In this document: piece after piece, positions 30,412-38,018 of the stretch
Layout: each line of letters begins with the position of its first letter
How positions within the stretch are numbered: position 1 is the stretch's first letter
IMG/VR virus record: IMGVR_UViG_3300046836_000283
Span: 1-41,873 of that record
Strand: one strand, 5' to 3'
From: a virus
DNA length: 41,873 bases
Notes under the pieces: generated by a model
What the model saw: the letters and a program-made list of their open reading frames with translations, nothing else
Database searches by the model: none
Told to the model about the DNA's origin: nothing
Made by a program: the position numbers and the translations under genes

Positions 30412-30761
30412 GGCGGCTCTCCGCTACGCTGGGGTTCTGCGTCAGGGGTCAGGCCGCTGTGTCGACAGCCTGATCTTGCCCGTGCGGCCGGTCACAGCGG
30501 CACGCTCGGGAAGTTGGGGAATGGGGCGGGGAAAAGCCGCGTAGCCCGCCGACCTGGAGACGGGTGCCGATCTACGGTGGCGCAGACAAATTGTGGCGTG
30601 CTATGCTGAGTTCCGCGATAAGTCCGAGAACTTCAGCGCCCCGTATCTCCCATGTGAGTGCGGGGCCTTTTCTTATGCCCGGAGGCCGGTGAATTGTGGC
30701 AACTGGCACCTGACTGGGGGTAGCTATCGGAAATGGGCATTTTGAAGAGTTGGAGGTGGCC

Positions 30762-30938
30762 ATGACCGCTTGGGAACGCCGGATGCAGGCCGCATTGCTA
30801 GACGCCGCCGACCAGTTCGCGCGCTATGCCGACTATCATCTGGCCAAGAACCCGCCGGATCGCGAGAAGGCGGCGACGAACACCGAGTGCGCAGCGTTCT
30901 GCCGGAAAGCCGCAACGGAGCCAGACAGCGTGGCGTGA
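30762..30938 (+). CDS. Small hypothetical protein (58 aa)
   Basis: GGAGGTGG Shine-Dalgarno sequence, preceded by the 16-nt motif GGGCATTTTGAAGAGT. Confidence 0.5.
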   Translation: MTAWERRMQAALLDAADQFARYADYHLAKNPPDREKAATNTECAAFCRKAATEPDSVA

Positions 30939-30964
30939 GGGGCATTTTGAAGAGTAGGAACCCG

Positions 30965-31138
30965 ATGTTCGATCCTCGCCGACAATGCCACTGGTGCGGC
31001 AGCGCCAATTTCCGCAGCGTCACCGGCTATGCTGGCGAGCGCCAGTGCCTCACCTGTGGCTGGGGTGGCGAGGGCGAACCCGACGTGCCGTGCATGTTCT
31101 ACAAGCTGATCCGGCTTGAGGGGCAGGTTGATGAGTAG
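30965..31138 (+). CDS. Small zinc-ribbon protein (57 aa)
   Basis: CHWC...CLTC four-Cys motif, preceded by the same 16-nt motif. Confidence 0.5.
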   Translation: MFDPRRQCHWCGSANFRSVTGYAGERQCLTCGWGGEGEPDVPCMFYKLIRLEGQVDE

Positions 31139-31146
31139 GAGGCGGC

Positions 31147-31353
31147 ATGGCCCACGAATGGCTGGCGATTACGGCCCCGAACGGGGAGCAGGGATATCAG
31201 TGCCAGCGGTGCAGGCTCACCGCGATCCATCTCCCGGTCCGCTCCTCCTGCCCCCCGAAGCTGATACCGACGCTGGCAGAATTGCTCGATAAGGTACACC
31301 GCGAGCAGGAGGCGGCTATGGCCTCAGCAGACACTTCTCCACGATCCGGTTGA
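31147..31353 (+). CDS. Small Cys-containing protein (68 aa)
   Basis: AGGAGG upstream. Contains CQRC. Confidence 0.5.
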   Translation: MAHEWLAITAPNGEQGYQCQRCRLTAIHLPVRSSCPPKLIPTLAELLDKVHREQEAAMASADTSPRSG

Positions 31354-31516
31354 GCAGCTCGGTGCGCGCCGAGACGTTGTGGTCGAACACCCACCAGAAC
31401 ACGCCAAGGAACACGATGTTGAGCACGATCAGCATCAGGAACGCTGGCGGCAACACCCGGATCAGACGCTCCGAGATCCCCGCCAGCAGCCCGTTGGCGC
31501 GCTCCTGCTCGGTCAC
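31316..31516 (-). CDS. Small membrane protein (66 aa; holin-like topology is speculative)
   Basis: The GTG start is in a GTGA overlap. TM segment PPAFLMLIVLNIVFLGVFWWVF. Confidence 0.5.
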   Translation of the reverse strand: MTEQERANGLLAGISERLIRVLPPAFLMLIVLNIVFLGVFWWVFDHNVSARTELLNRIVEKCLLRP

Positions 31517-31719
31517 CGTTCTTTAGGCATCTCATAGGCCCGATACACCGCAGCCGGATCAGCGATCTCCTGCTTGAACGTCGCGGCATATTCGTAAAGC
31601 AGCTCGATCGCTTTGATCGCGGTCTCATTCACATAGAAATGCGAACGCTCCACCGTCGCCTGCTTGCGCAGGCTCTCGAGGTGATCAATCACGGTGAAGA
31701 TCCTAGCAACGTTATTCAC
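31513..31719 (-). CDS. Hypothetical protein (68 aa)
   Basis: The GTG start is in a GTGA overlap with the PEP-CTERM gene stop. Confidence 0.5.
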   Translation of the reverse strand: MNNVARIFTVIDHLESLRKQATVERSHFYVNETAIKAIELLYEYAATFKQEIADPAAVYRAYEMPKER

Positions 31720-32357
31720 GCGCGCCGAGGCCGCACCAGCCCCAATCCCAGCAGCCCGACGCCAAGCAGCGCCAGGCTCGCCGGCTCCGGTACCGCGGCA
31801 GGCGATGCTGAGAACGTCCCCGACACGGACGCGGTGAACGAGCCAATACTGGTGCCAACGATCTGGAATGCCGGCGTGATGCCAGCGAACGCCAACCCCA
31901 CCGCGCTCGGATTGAACAGGTCGGTGATCACGTCGGATGTCAGTGTCAGGCTGTCAGGCGGGGCACCAACGGCGAGCGCGCCACCGGCCCCACTGCCGAA
32001 CGTCACGTCGGCGAATGTGCCCGACAGGTAGTTGGTGCCGCCGCCGCCCGCCGCGCTGGTAATGCTGAACGTGCCGCTGAACTTCTGCGCGGATCCACCA
32101 AGGATCGGTTGGGCGGCACCCACCGAGGCCGCACTCAGGTCGAAGAAGGCCGCGGTCGGGCTGCCATTCTCGATCTGTGTGATGCTGATCGACGCATCGG
32201 TCGCGCTCAGCGTGGTGGCGGTCTGCGCGCCGTTCTCCGTCGCCGTGATCGGCGTGCCGGCAGTCTGGCCGAACGAGAGAACGACAACGGCATTGGCCGG
32301 CGCGTGGAAGAACATGGCGGCCGCGATGATGCTGACGCCGAGCAGTGCGTGTTTCAT
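31716..32357 (-). CDS. Secreted PEP-CTERM sorting-domain protein
   Basis: Signal peptide MKHALLGVSIIAAAMFFHAPANA. The C-terminus VPEPASLALLGVGLLGLGLVRPRRA has the PEP motif, a TM helix and a basic tail. Confidence 0.8.
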   Translation of the reverse strand: MKHALLGVSIIAAAMFFHAPANAVVVLSFGQTAGTPITATENGAQTATTLSATDASISITQIENGSPTAAFFDLSAASVGAAQPILGGSAQKFSGTFSITSAAGGGGTNYLSGTFADVTFGSGAGGALAVGAPPDSLTLTSDVITDLFNPSAVGLAFAGITPAFQIVGTSIGSFTASVSGTFSASPAAVPEPASLALLGVGLLGLGLVRPRRA

Positions 32358-32385
32358 GACGTGAAGCCCCTGTGGGTTTGTTGTT

Positions 32386-32877
32386 CTACTTGTGCGGCGT
32401 TGGCGTGGGCTGTGGAGCCGGAGGCTCAGCGTTGATCTCCAGACTTGGATCGATGACGACATATTTCCAACCGAAGCCCGGTAGATACACGAGGCACCAG
32501 TATGTGCCCGACGCGATTGGGTGCGACGGGTGCGGGTCCATGCCGGTAGGAGGCAACGTCTGATCAGGGCGCGGCGGCGAGCCACCGGGAGCTATCGGAT
32601 GGGTGGCTGTAGGTGGTGCCCCGCCAGGCGCAATCGGATGCGCTGGATGGCCAGGGCTGGGCCAGATCGTGCCAGGCGGCGGCTTGCTGCCTCCAGGTGG
32701 GATCGGCACTATGGGATGCGCAGGCACCGGAGGCGGCCATATGCCAGGCGGTGGCGGCGGGATTGGCAACGAGTTGTCGATGCCTGGCTGATCGCCCGGG
32801 AGCCCTTGGTCCGGATATTCGCCGCTCATCCCCTCGACGTTCAAATAGCCGCCCATGACGTGAACTCTAGCCATCAT
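32386..32877 (-). CDS. Proline-rich repeat protein (163 aa)
   Basis: Four HPI(A/V)P-type repeats (AHPIVPIPPGG, AHPIAPGGAPP, THPIAPGGSPP, SHPIASG). GGAGA Shine-Dalgarno sequence. Confidence 0.55.
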   Translation of the reverse strand: MMARVHVMGGYLNVEGMSGEYPDQGLPGDQPGIDNSLPIPPPPPGIWPPPVPAHPIVPIPPGGSKPPPGTIWPSPGHPAHPIAPGGAPPTATHPIAPGGSPPRPDQTLPPTGMDPHPSHPIASGTYWCLVYLPGFGWKYVVIDPSLEINAEPPAPQPTPTPHK

Positions 32878-32895
32878 AATTCTCCATGTGTTGAT

Positions 32896-32943
32896 GTCGT
32901 TGCGTCGTTACGTCGTTGCGTCGTTGCGTCGTTGCGTCGTTAC
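32896..32943. repeat. Octanucleotide tandem repeat (GTCGTTRC) x6
   Basis: Six contiguous 8-nt units: gtcgttgc gtcgttac gtcgttgc gtcgttgc gtcgttgc gtcgttac. They span the stop of 32940-34022 and end 19 nt upstream of the start at 32877. Confidence 0.9.
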
Positions 32944-34022
32944 ATGTGCGGCGCCAGAAAGTCCCGCAGCGCAGCAGCGAGCTGATGGTGGTGCCCCATG
33001 TGCCCATGCACGGGCGGCGGCACAGGCGGCGGCTCTGGCGGGGGCGGCAGCGGCGGTGGCTCGGGTGGTGGCAATGGCGGCGGTGGCGCCGGGGGTGGCT
33101 CAGAGACCGGCGGTGGGGCGGGTGGCGGATCACCACCCGGATTGCTGATGAAGCTGAGCGAGCTGGTATCGAGAGTGGGCCGGCTGGCCAGCAGCACAGT
33201 GTCGCCGGCCGCGGGAAGCCCCCAGACGCTGTTGCCGCTCAGCGTCGGCTGGGTCGCAGCGTCAAGCAGGAACCTACCGGACGGATCGTCGTTGATGATG
33301 GTGTTGCCGGCGATCGCAAAGCTGGTGCCGGGGTTGGATGCGCCCTCTTCTCCATAGGCCACGATAAACGGGTTCTGGGTGTTGGGCCCCTGCTCGATCG
33401 TGTTGCCGCTGATCGTGGCGTTGCCGCCGTTCGGTAGGTCAATCGAGTAGCTGGCGCTGCCGCCGTTGTCGAAGATGCGGTTGCCGGTGATGGTGTTGCT
33501 GACAGCCCGGGATTTGATCTCATGACCTACGATCGCGTCGTGGACGTAGGAGTTCGTGAGGGTGAAGGATGCAATAGCACCGACGTAGATGTTATGAGTC
33601 GATCCAGATCCATCGCCATTGTTGGCAAACTCTGAATGGTCGATGGCAATTGAACCGTTGCTATCAGCGGCGCCGAGCAATCCTTCTTGGTTGTCGTGGA
33701 AGTAGTCGTTCGACAGCGAGAGGCTGCCGCCCTCGTAGCGGATCGCAGCGCCATTTCCGTCCGGTACAGCCACCCCGCTAATGTCGAACCCATTGATCGC
33801 GACATTGGCGCCACTCTCCGTGATCATCGCCTTGCCGTTGGGCGGGCTGGTGGTCTCCCGCATCAGCACCTCGCCGCCCACCGCCTGCAGCGTGATCGAG
33901 GTGCGAATGGTGAGGAACTGGTCGACATACGTCCCGGCCTGCACGTCGATCGTGTCACCGGATGCCGCGGCGTTGATCGCGTCCTGAATGCTCTGCCCGT
34001 TGCTGACCGTCAGGATTGCCAT
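32940..34022 (-). CDS. Right-handed parallel beta-helix protein (polysaccharide lyase/depolymerase-like) with Pro-rich C-terminus
   Basis: SIQDAINAAASGDTIDVQAGTY...NGFDISG...NIYVG...HEIKSRA...ISGNTI resemble beta-helix repeats. No tail-anchor module. C-terminus PPPAPPPVSEPPPAPPPPLPPPEPPPLPPPPEPPPVPPP. Confidence 0.65.
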   Translation of the reverse strand: MAILTVSNGQSIQDAINAAASGDTIDVQAGTYVDQFLTIRTSITLQAVGGEVLMRETTSPPNGKAMITESGANVAINGFDISGVAVPDGNGAAIRYEGGSLSLSNDYFHDNQEGLLGAADSNGSIAIDHSEFANNGDGSGSTHNIYVGAIASFTLTNSYVHDAIVGHEIKSRAVSNTITGNRIFDNGGSASYSIDLPNGGNATISGNTIEQGPNTQNPFIVAYGEEGASNPGTSFAIAGNTIINDDPSGRFLLDAATQPTLSGNSVWGLPAAGDTVLLASRPTLDTSSLSFISNPGGDPPPAPPPVSEPPPAPPPPLPPPEPPPLPPPPEPPPVPPPVHGHMGHHHQLAAALRDFLAPHM

Positions 34023-34138
34023 TGGACCTCAGTATGTCGTTGCGGGTTGGACTCGACCGTGCTGTGGTGGTGCACCGCGTCCGTGCAAGGCGCGCGGGAG
34101 AGTAGCGGGCGGTAACCGCCAGAAGCCGCCCCTACTCG

Positions 34139-34327
34139 CTATCCCTGCCTGTCGTCACGCAACGTTGGTGTTACGCGCTGAAAGTCGGCCACGGTCGGTC
34201 CCAACTCATCGATGTCACGCAGGCAACGGCCATTCGGTAGGGCGCCGCAGACAGGGCACACAACGCCCACACGGACAATCCAGAGCCCACCTGCACAAAC
34301 CCATCCATCCCCAAGAGGTTGGGTCAT
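34139..34327 (-). CDS. Small Cys-containing protein (62 aa)
   Basis: ATGA overlap with the upstream mini-ORF. Contains CPVC...C. Confidence 0.4.
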   Translation of the reverse strand: MTQPLGDGWVCAGGLWIVRVGVVCPVCGALPNGRCLRDIDELGPTVADFQRVTPTLRDDRQG

Positions 34328-34395
34328 GTGACAGCGGTGATTAGCAGCACGACCAGCGCCAGCACCATGATCCCGAGCAGCGCCCCGTGGCTCAC
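34324..34395 (-). CDS. Tiny TM peptide (23 aa, below the ORF-track cutoff)
   Basis: The GTG start is in a GTGA overlap. (M)SHGALLGIMVLALVVLLITAVT. Confidence 0.25.
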   Translation of the reverse strand: MSHGALLGIMVLALVVLLITAVT

Positions 34396-34571
34396 CAGTA
34401 AGGCCCGCGCCCGATGCCGAACAGAAGGAACAGGACGATTATCAGGAGGACAACGGCACCTATTCCGCCAAACCCGCCATAACCATAATACCCACGGTTA
34501 TAGCCCACGTACCCGCCTCCCAGTCCTCCGAATAACAGAATGACCAGGATTATTATGACTAGCAAAGACAT
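34392..34571 (-). CDS. DUF3309-like two-TM Gly/Tyr-rich membrane protein (59 aa, below the ORF-track cutoff)
   Basis: MSLLVIIILVILLFGGLGGGYVGYNRGYYGYGGFGGIGAVVLLIIVLFLLFGIGRGPYW. Codon usage is AT-richer than in neighbouring genes. Confidence 0.45.
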   Translation of the reverse strand: MSLLVIIILVILLFGGLGGGYVGYNRGYYGYGGFGGIGAVVLLIIVLFLLFGIGRGPYW

Positions 34572-34655
34572 CTGACTGCCCTATGCTGCGAGACACCGCC
34601 AGTGCTGCAAACACCGGCGGCGCCTCTGACCATCACGCTATCTGGAGTAAGCGAC

Positions 34656-35180
34656 ATGGCTGATAAGAACCTACGCAATTCGTTGACCGCTGAGCAACTT
34701 CGCGCTGCTCTGACCTATGACCCGGAAACGGGTGTTTTTACGTGGCGTCGCCGGGCCGACATGACGAACTCATGGAACACGCGCTGGGCAGGCAAGGTGG
34801 CCGGCTATCCTAGCGGTGGATACACGGTGATCATGATCTATAACGTTAACCAGCGCGCCAATCGTCTTGCGTGGCTGTGGACGACCGGCGAATGGCCTCC
34901 TGGCGGCGAAGTGGATCACATCGACACCGACAGAAGCAACAATGCCTGGACGAACCTCCGAGACTCAACCCGACAGCAGAATAGCTGCAACGGCCCTATG
35001 AGATCGACGAACACCAGCGGATTTAAGGGCGTCACCAGATGCGGAAACAGATGGACGGCCTATATCACAGCGAACTATCGGCGTACCCACATCGGATGTT
35101 TCGGTACCCCGGAAGAGGCTCACGCAGCCTATGTCGAGGCTGCTAAACGGCTTCACGGGGAGTTTGCGCGTGTCGACTAG
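34656..35180 (+). CDS. HNH homing endonuclease with AP2-type domain (copy 2)
   Basis: GEVDHIDTDRSNNAWTNLRDSTRQQN plus SGFKGVTRCGNRWTAYITANYRRTHIGCFGTPEEAHAAYVEAA. The N-terminus LTAEQLRAALTYDPETGVFTW parallels copy 1. Its stop overlaps the portal stop (CTAG). Confidence 0.85.
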   Translation: MADKNLRNSLTAEQLRAALTYDPETGVFTWRRRADMTNSWNTRWAGKVAGYPSGGYTVIMIYNVNQRANRLAWLWTTGEWPPGGEVDHIDTDRSNNAWTNLRDSTRQQNSCNGPMRSTNTSGFKGVTRCGNRWTAYITANYRRTHIGCFGTPEEAHAAYVEAAKRLHGEFARVD

Positions 35181-37387
35181 GGCGCTCCACCGGGCGGGGC
35201 GGGCTCCGGGATCGGAGTACGCATCAACCTGTTGGTGGTCGTTGCCACGTTGTGAGCCTGGTGGACTGTATGGATCGTCTGCGCGGCAGTATGCAGCGTG
35301 CTCTGCGCTGTGGCCGGGATCTTCGCGGCTGTCAGTAATGTCTCCGCGTGGGTTTTCTCGGTATCGGCTCGCTTCTGCGACAGGTCAGCTAAATGGTGCG
35401 CCAACTGAAGATCGGGAGCCATCTGCTCCGGGTTCTCGGCCTGCGGCGGATTGACCTGGGTGGCATTATCGTCCGGGAGACCCATGAAAGTTCTGTGGGC
35501 ATCGTGAATGGTCGAGGCCGCGCTCACGTTGCGTTCTTTGGCGAGAGCCATGTTTGCAGCAGCTTTAGATTGCAGATCCGCTATCTGGGCCTGCCCATGC
35601 TGGGCTGCAATCTGCCCTGCCTGTTGTTGGGCTTGCTGTTGCTGTTGTTGATGTTCCTTCATCCGTTGCAATATCATATCTTTATCCCGAAGCCCTGAGG
35701 CCGCGATCAAGACATCGCCAGGGATCAATCCAGGCTGCACCGAAGCCAGTTGGACTAGCGACTGAAATTCTTCCGCCTGTAGCGATGGAATATCAATTCC
35801 CTCTTCAATGGTGATATCTACATCCAAATCCGAAATGTCATGCTCAATCCCCACGACCTGCTGCAATCTCGGATCACCTGGTTGTAGTTGCATTTGTTGC
35901 ATAACCATAGCCCGATGTTGCTCCGGCATATCGGCCAAGCGATCCATCAGTCTGACGGGTCGGTTAATCCCAACCCATCTTGTCTCCCCCAGGTCATCCG
36001 TGACCCTGACCCATTTCCCCCCAGTCCAGTATTCCCGAGCTGCTTGCCACGCCGTCTCATAAACCCGCCTGCTCCAGAACCGCAGCGCGTCGGCCAGCGG
36101 CTCGTTCTGCGCTGCGCCGCCGGCTTGCATCGCCAGCACGGCCCTGCCGCTCAGCTCGCGCGGATCAGTGCCTGACATGGCTGCATTCGGCCCGCTGAGC
36201 TGCATCTCGGCGGTTGCGTGCTGCAGCAGTTGGAACTGACCGGCGGCAAGGTCGGCGGTCTGCTCGATCTCGAACTTCAGCCCCGGCATCACCTCGATGT
36301 AGCCATCGGGCTTGGCAACCTCACGCCGCGCCTTGTCCACGTCCGGCACCGCGCCCTGCTCTGCGATGACCTGGCGCACGGACAACAGATGCAGCGCCTT
36401 GCTACGCCGCTTGTTGATCTCGTCCTGCAGGCTGATGAGCCCACGTACCATCCCATACCGCTGGTTCTCGCGATTGATGTAGCTGGATTGCAGCAGCAGC
36501 CCGCTGCACGACTTGCCCTTGCGGTCCTTGAACTTGGAGCGCTGTGGTGCAGCCAGCAGCCCGCTCTTGGTGAAGGTCGCGCGCCACCACGTCCCACGCT
36601 CGGACCAGTCGCACTGGACGAGGCGAATGCGCGTGCGGTTGTTGTCGGTCCAGAACGCGGTCTCGGGCCGGTCGTTGTACTGGTAGTCCGTGCTGCTGAA
36701 GCTGCTCTCGATTACGTCCTGCACATCCTCGCCGGGATACATCTCCTCGAGTGCATCGCGGTCGGTCCAGATGACCATGCCCTTGTAGCGCGCATCGCTG
36801 AAGTCATACGAGCGGCTGTGCGGATCGTACCAGATGCGATCCCACGGGATGGTGGTGATGGTGATGTTGCACGAGCCCTGCCCGTCGTCCTCGAGGCCCA
36901 GGTCAGCGCCACCAGCGCCCTCGATGAGCATGTTGGAGAACACTTCGCTGCGCACGATGGAGAAGTCGTTGTCGTCCGCGATATAGCGCAGTGCCTGCGT
37001 GGCGGCGTCGGCGCGATCCTCCTCGGCCGGCGTTCTCGCAAATGCCTTCGGATCCGTGCGCGCCTTGCGCTCCATGCCGCACAGCAGTTGCACTTTATCT
37101 GCGACCTTGTTGATGACGATCGCTGGCTGGCCGCGTTCCTTCAGCAGCTTCAGCTCGTCGCGCGTCCACTGGGAGCCGTCGAAATACTCGCGGTCGCGCT
37201 GTGCGAGGTCGATCTCGTCTTGGCGCGCCAGCTCGCTCTCCTCGAACCAGCGGATCAGGCGGGCGTGGAGGTCGTCCAGATCCCTCGGGTAAGCGTCCGG
37301 ATCGCCAGGCGTCAGGTCACGGATCGCCGGCGGCGTGTCGGGGCCGCGGTCGCCGTGTATGTGGAGATGGATGGCGGTATCACTCAT
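35177..37387 (-). CDS. Portal protein (736 aa)
   Basis: Large acidic protein in the packaging module. REYFDGSQWTRDELKLLKERGQPAIVINKV is a typical portal N-terminal motif. Start taken at MSDTAIHLH. Confidence 0.75.
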   Translation of the reverse strand: MSDTAIHLHIHGDRGPDTPPAIRDLTPGDPDAYPRDLDDLHARLIRWFEESELARQDEIDLAQRDREYFDGSQWTRDELKLLKERGQPAIVINKVADKVQLLCGMERKARTDPKAFARTPAEEDRADAATQALRYIADDNDFSIVRSEVFSNMLIEGAGGADLGLEDDGQGSCNITITTIPWDRIWYDPHSRSYDFSDARYKGMVIWTDRDALEEMYPGEDVQDVIESSFSSTDYQYNDRPETAFWTDNNRTRIRLVQCDWSERGTWWRATFTKSGLLAAPQRSKFKDRKGKSCSGLLLQSSYINRENQRYGMVRGLISLQDEINKRRSKALHLLSVRQVIAEQGAVPDVDKARREVAKPDGYIEVMPGLKFEIEQTADLAAGQFQLLQHATAEMQLSGPNAAMSGTDPRELSGRAVLAMQAGGAAQNEPLADALRFWSRRVYETAWQAAREYWTGGKWVRVTDDLGETRWVGINRPVRLMDRLADMPEQHRAMVMQQMQLQPGDPRLQQVVGIEHDISDLDVDITIEEGIDIPSLQAEEFQSLVQLASVQPGLIPGDVLIAASGLRDKDMILQRMKEHQQQQQQAQQQAGQIAAQHGQAQIADLQSKAAANMALAKERNVSAASTIHDAHRTFMGLPDDNATQVNPPQAENPEQMAPDLQLAHHLADLSQKRADTEKTHAETLLTAAKIPATAQSTLHTAAQTIHTVHQAHNVATTTNRLMRTPIPEPAPPGGAP

Positions 37388-37407
37388 GGGATGTGAGGGA
37401 GGTTCCG

Positions 37408-37875
37408 ATGTCGGATGATCCGGAGCGGGAATACATCGAGGCGAAGGCTGCTTATGACGCGGCACTGGTCAGGCTGGCTGCGGCGAAGAAGGCGCGTCCG
37501 AAGCAGACACTGAAATCCGATCTACGGCGGGCTGAGAACCAGCGGATCGGTGAGGCTGTGTGGCAGGCGTATGTCGAGGGCGCGCGGGACTATCATCTGC
37601 TGGCAGATCGCTTCGGCCGCTCCCGGTCCTGGGTTAATAGCCACATCCTGTCGGTTCTGTATCAACGCCGCTTCGGCCCTGAAACGCTGCGTGAATACGA
37701 GGAGCGCAAGTGGTGGGAAGATGAACCCTTGCGTCAGAAGGCTGAGCGTGAGCGGCGAGAGGAGCTCGCGCGCCGCGCCTCTCTCTCAGTCGATCCCAAG
37801 CACAGCGAGGCGTGGCACCAAGCGTATCAGATGTATGAAAACCAGCGAAAGGCCGAAGAGCAGTCGGACGGGTGA
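37408..37875 (+). CDS. HTH-like hypothetical protein, antisense insert in the late operon (155 aa)
   Basis: GAGGGAGG Shine-Dalgarno sequence. YHLLADRFGRSRSWVNSHILSV resembles a sigma-region-4/LuxR-type HTH. The C-terminus is charged. Confidence 0.55.
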   Translation: MSDDPEREYIEAKAAYDAALVRLAAAKKARPKQTLKSDLRRAENQRIGEAVWQAYVEGARDYHLLADRFGRSRSWVNSHILSVLYQRRFGPETLREYEERKWWEDEPLRQKAERERREELARRASLSVDPKHSEAWHQAYQMYENQRKAEEQSDG

Positions 37876-37880
37876 TGCCG

Positions 37881-38018
37881 TCAGTTCGCCTTACGTGCGG
37901 CCTTGAGGCGTTGGAACTCGGCCCACTGGCGCAGGAACTCGGCCCAGGTGATGCGCGGGTTGATGCGGCGCGCCACGTCCCACCACTCCAGCCGGTCGAA
38001 ATCGTCGAGGCGGGTCAC
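37881..38018 (-). CDS. Small protein (45 aa, below the ORF-track cutoff)
   Basis: The GTG start is in a GTGA overlap with the stop of 38015-39208. Third-position GC is very high. (M)TRLDDFDRLEWWDVARRINPRITWAEFLRQWAEFQRLKAARKAN. Confidence 0.5.
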   Translation of the reverse strand: MTRLDDFDRLEWWDVARRINPRITWAEFLRQWAEFQRLKAARKAN

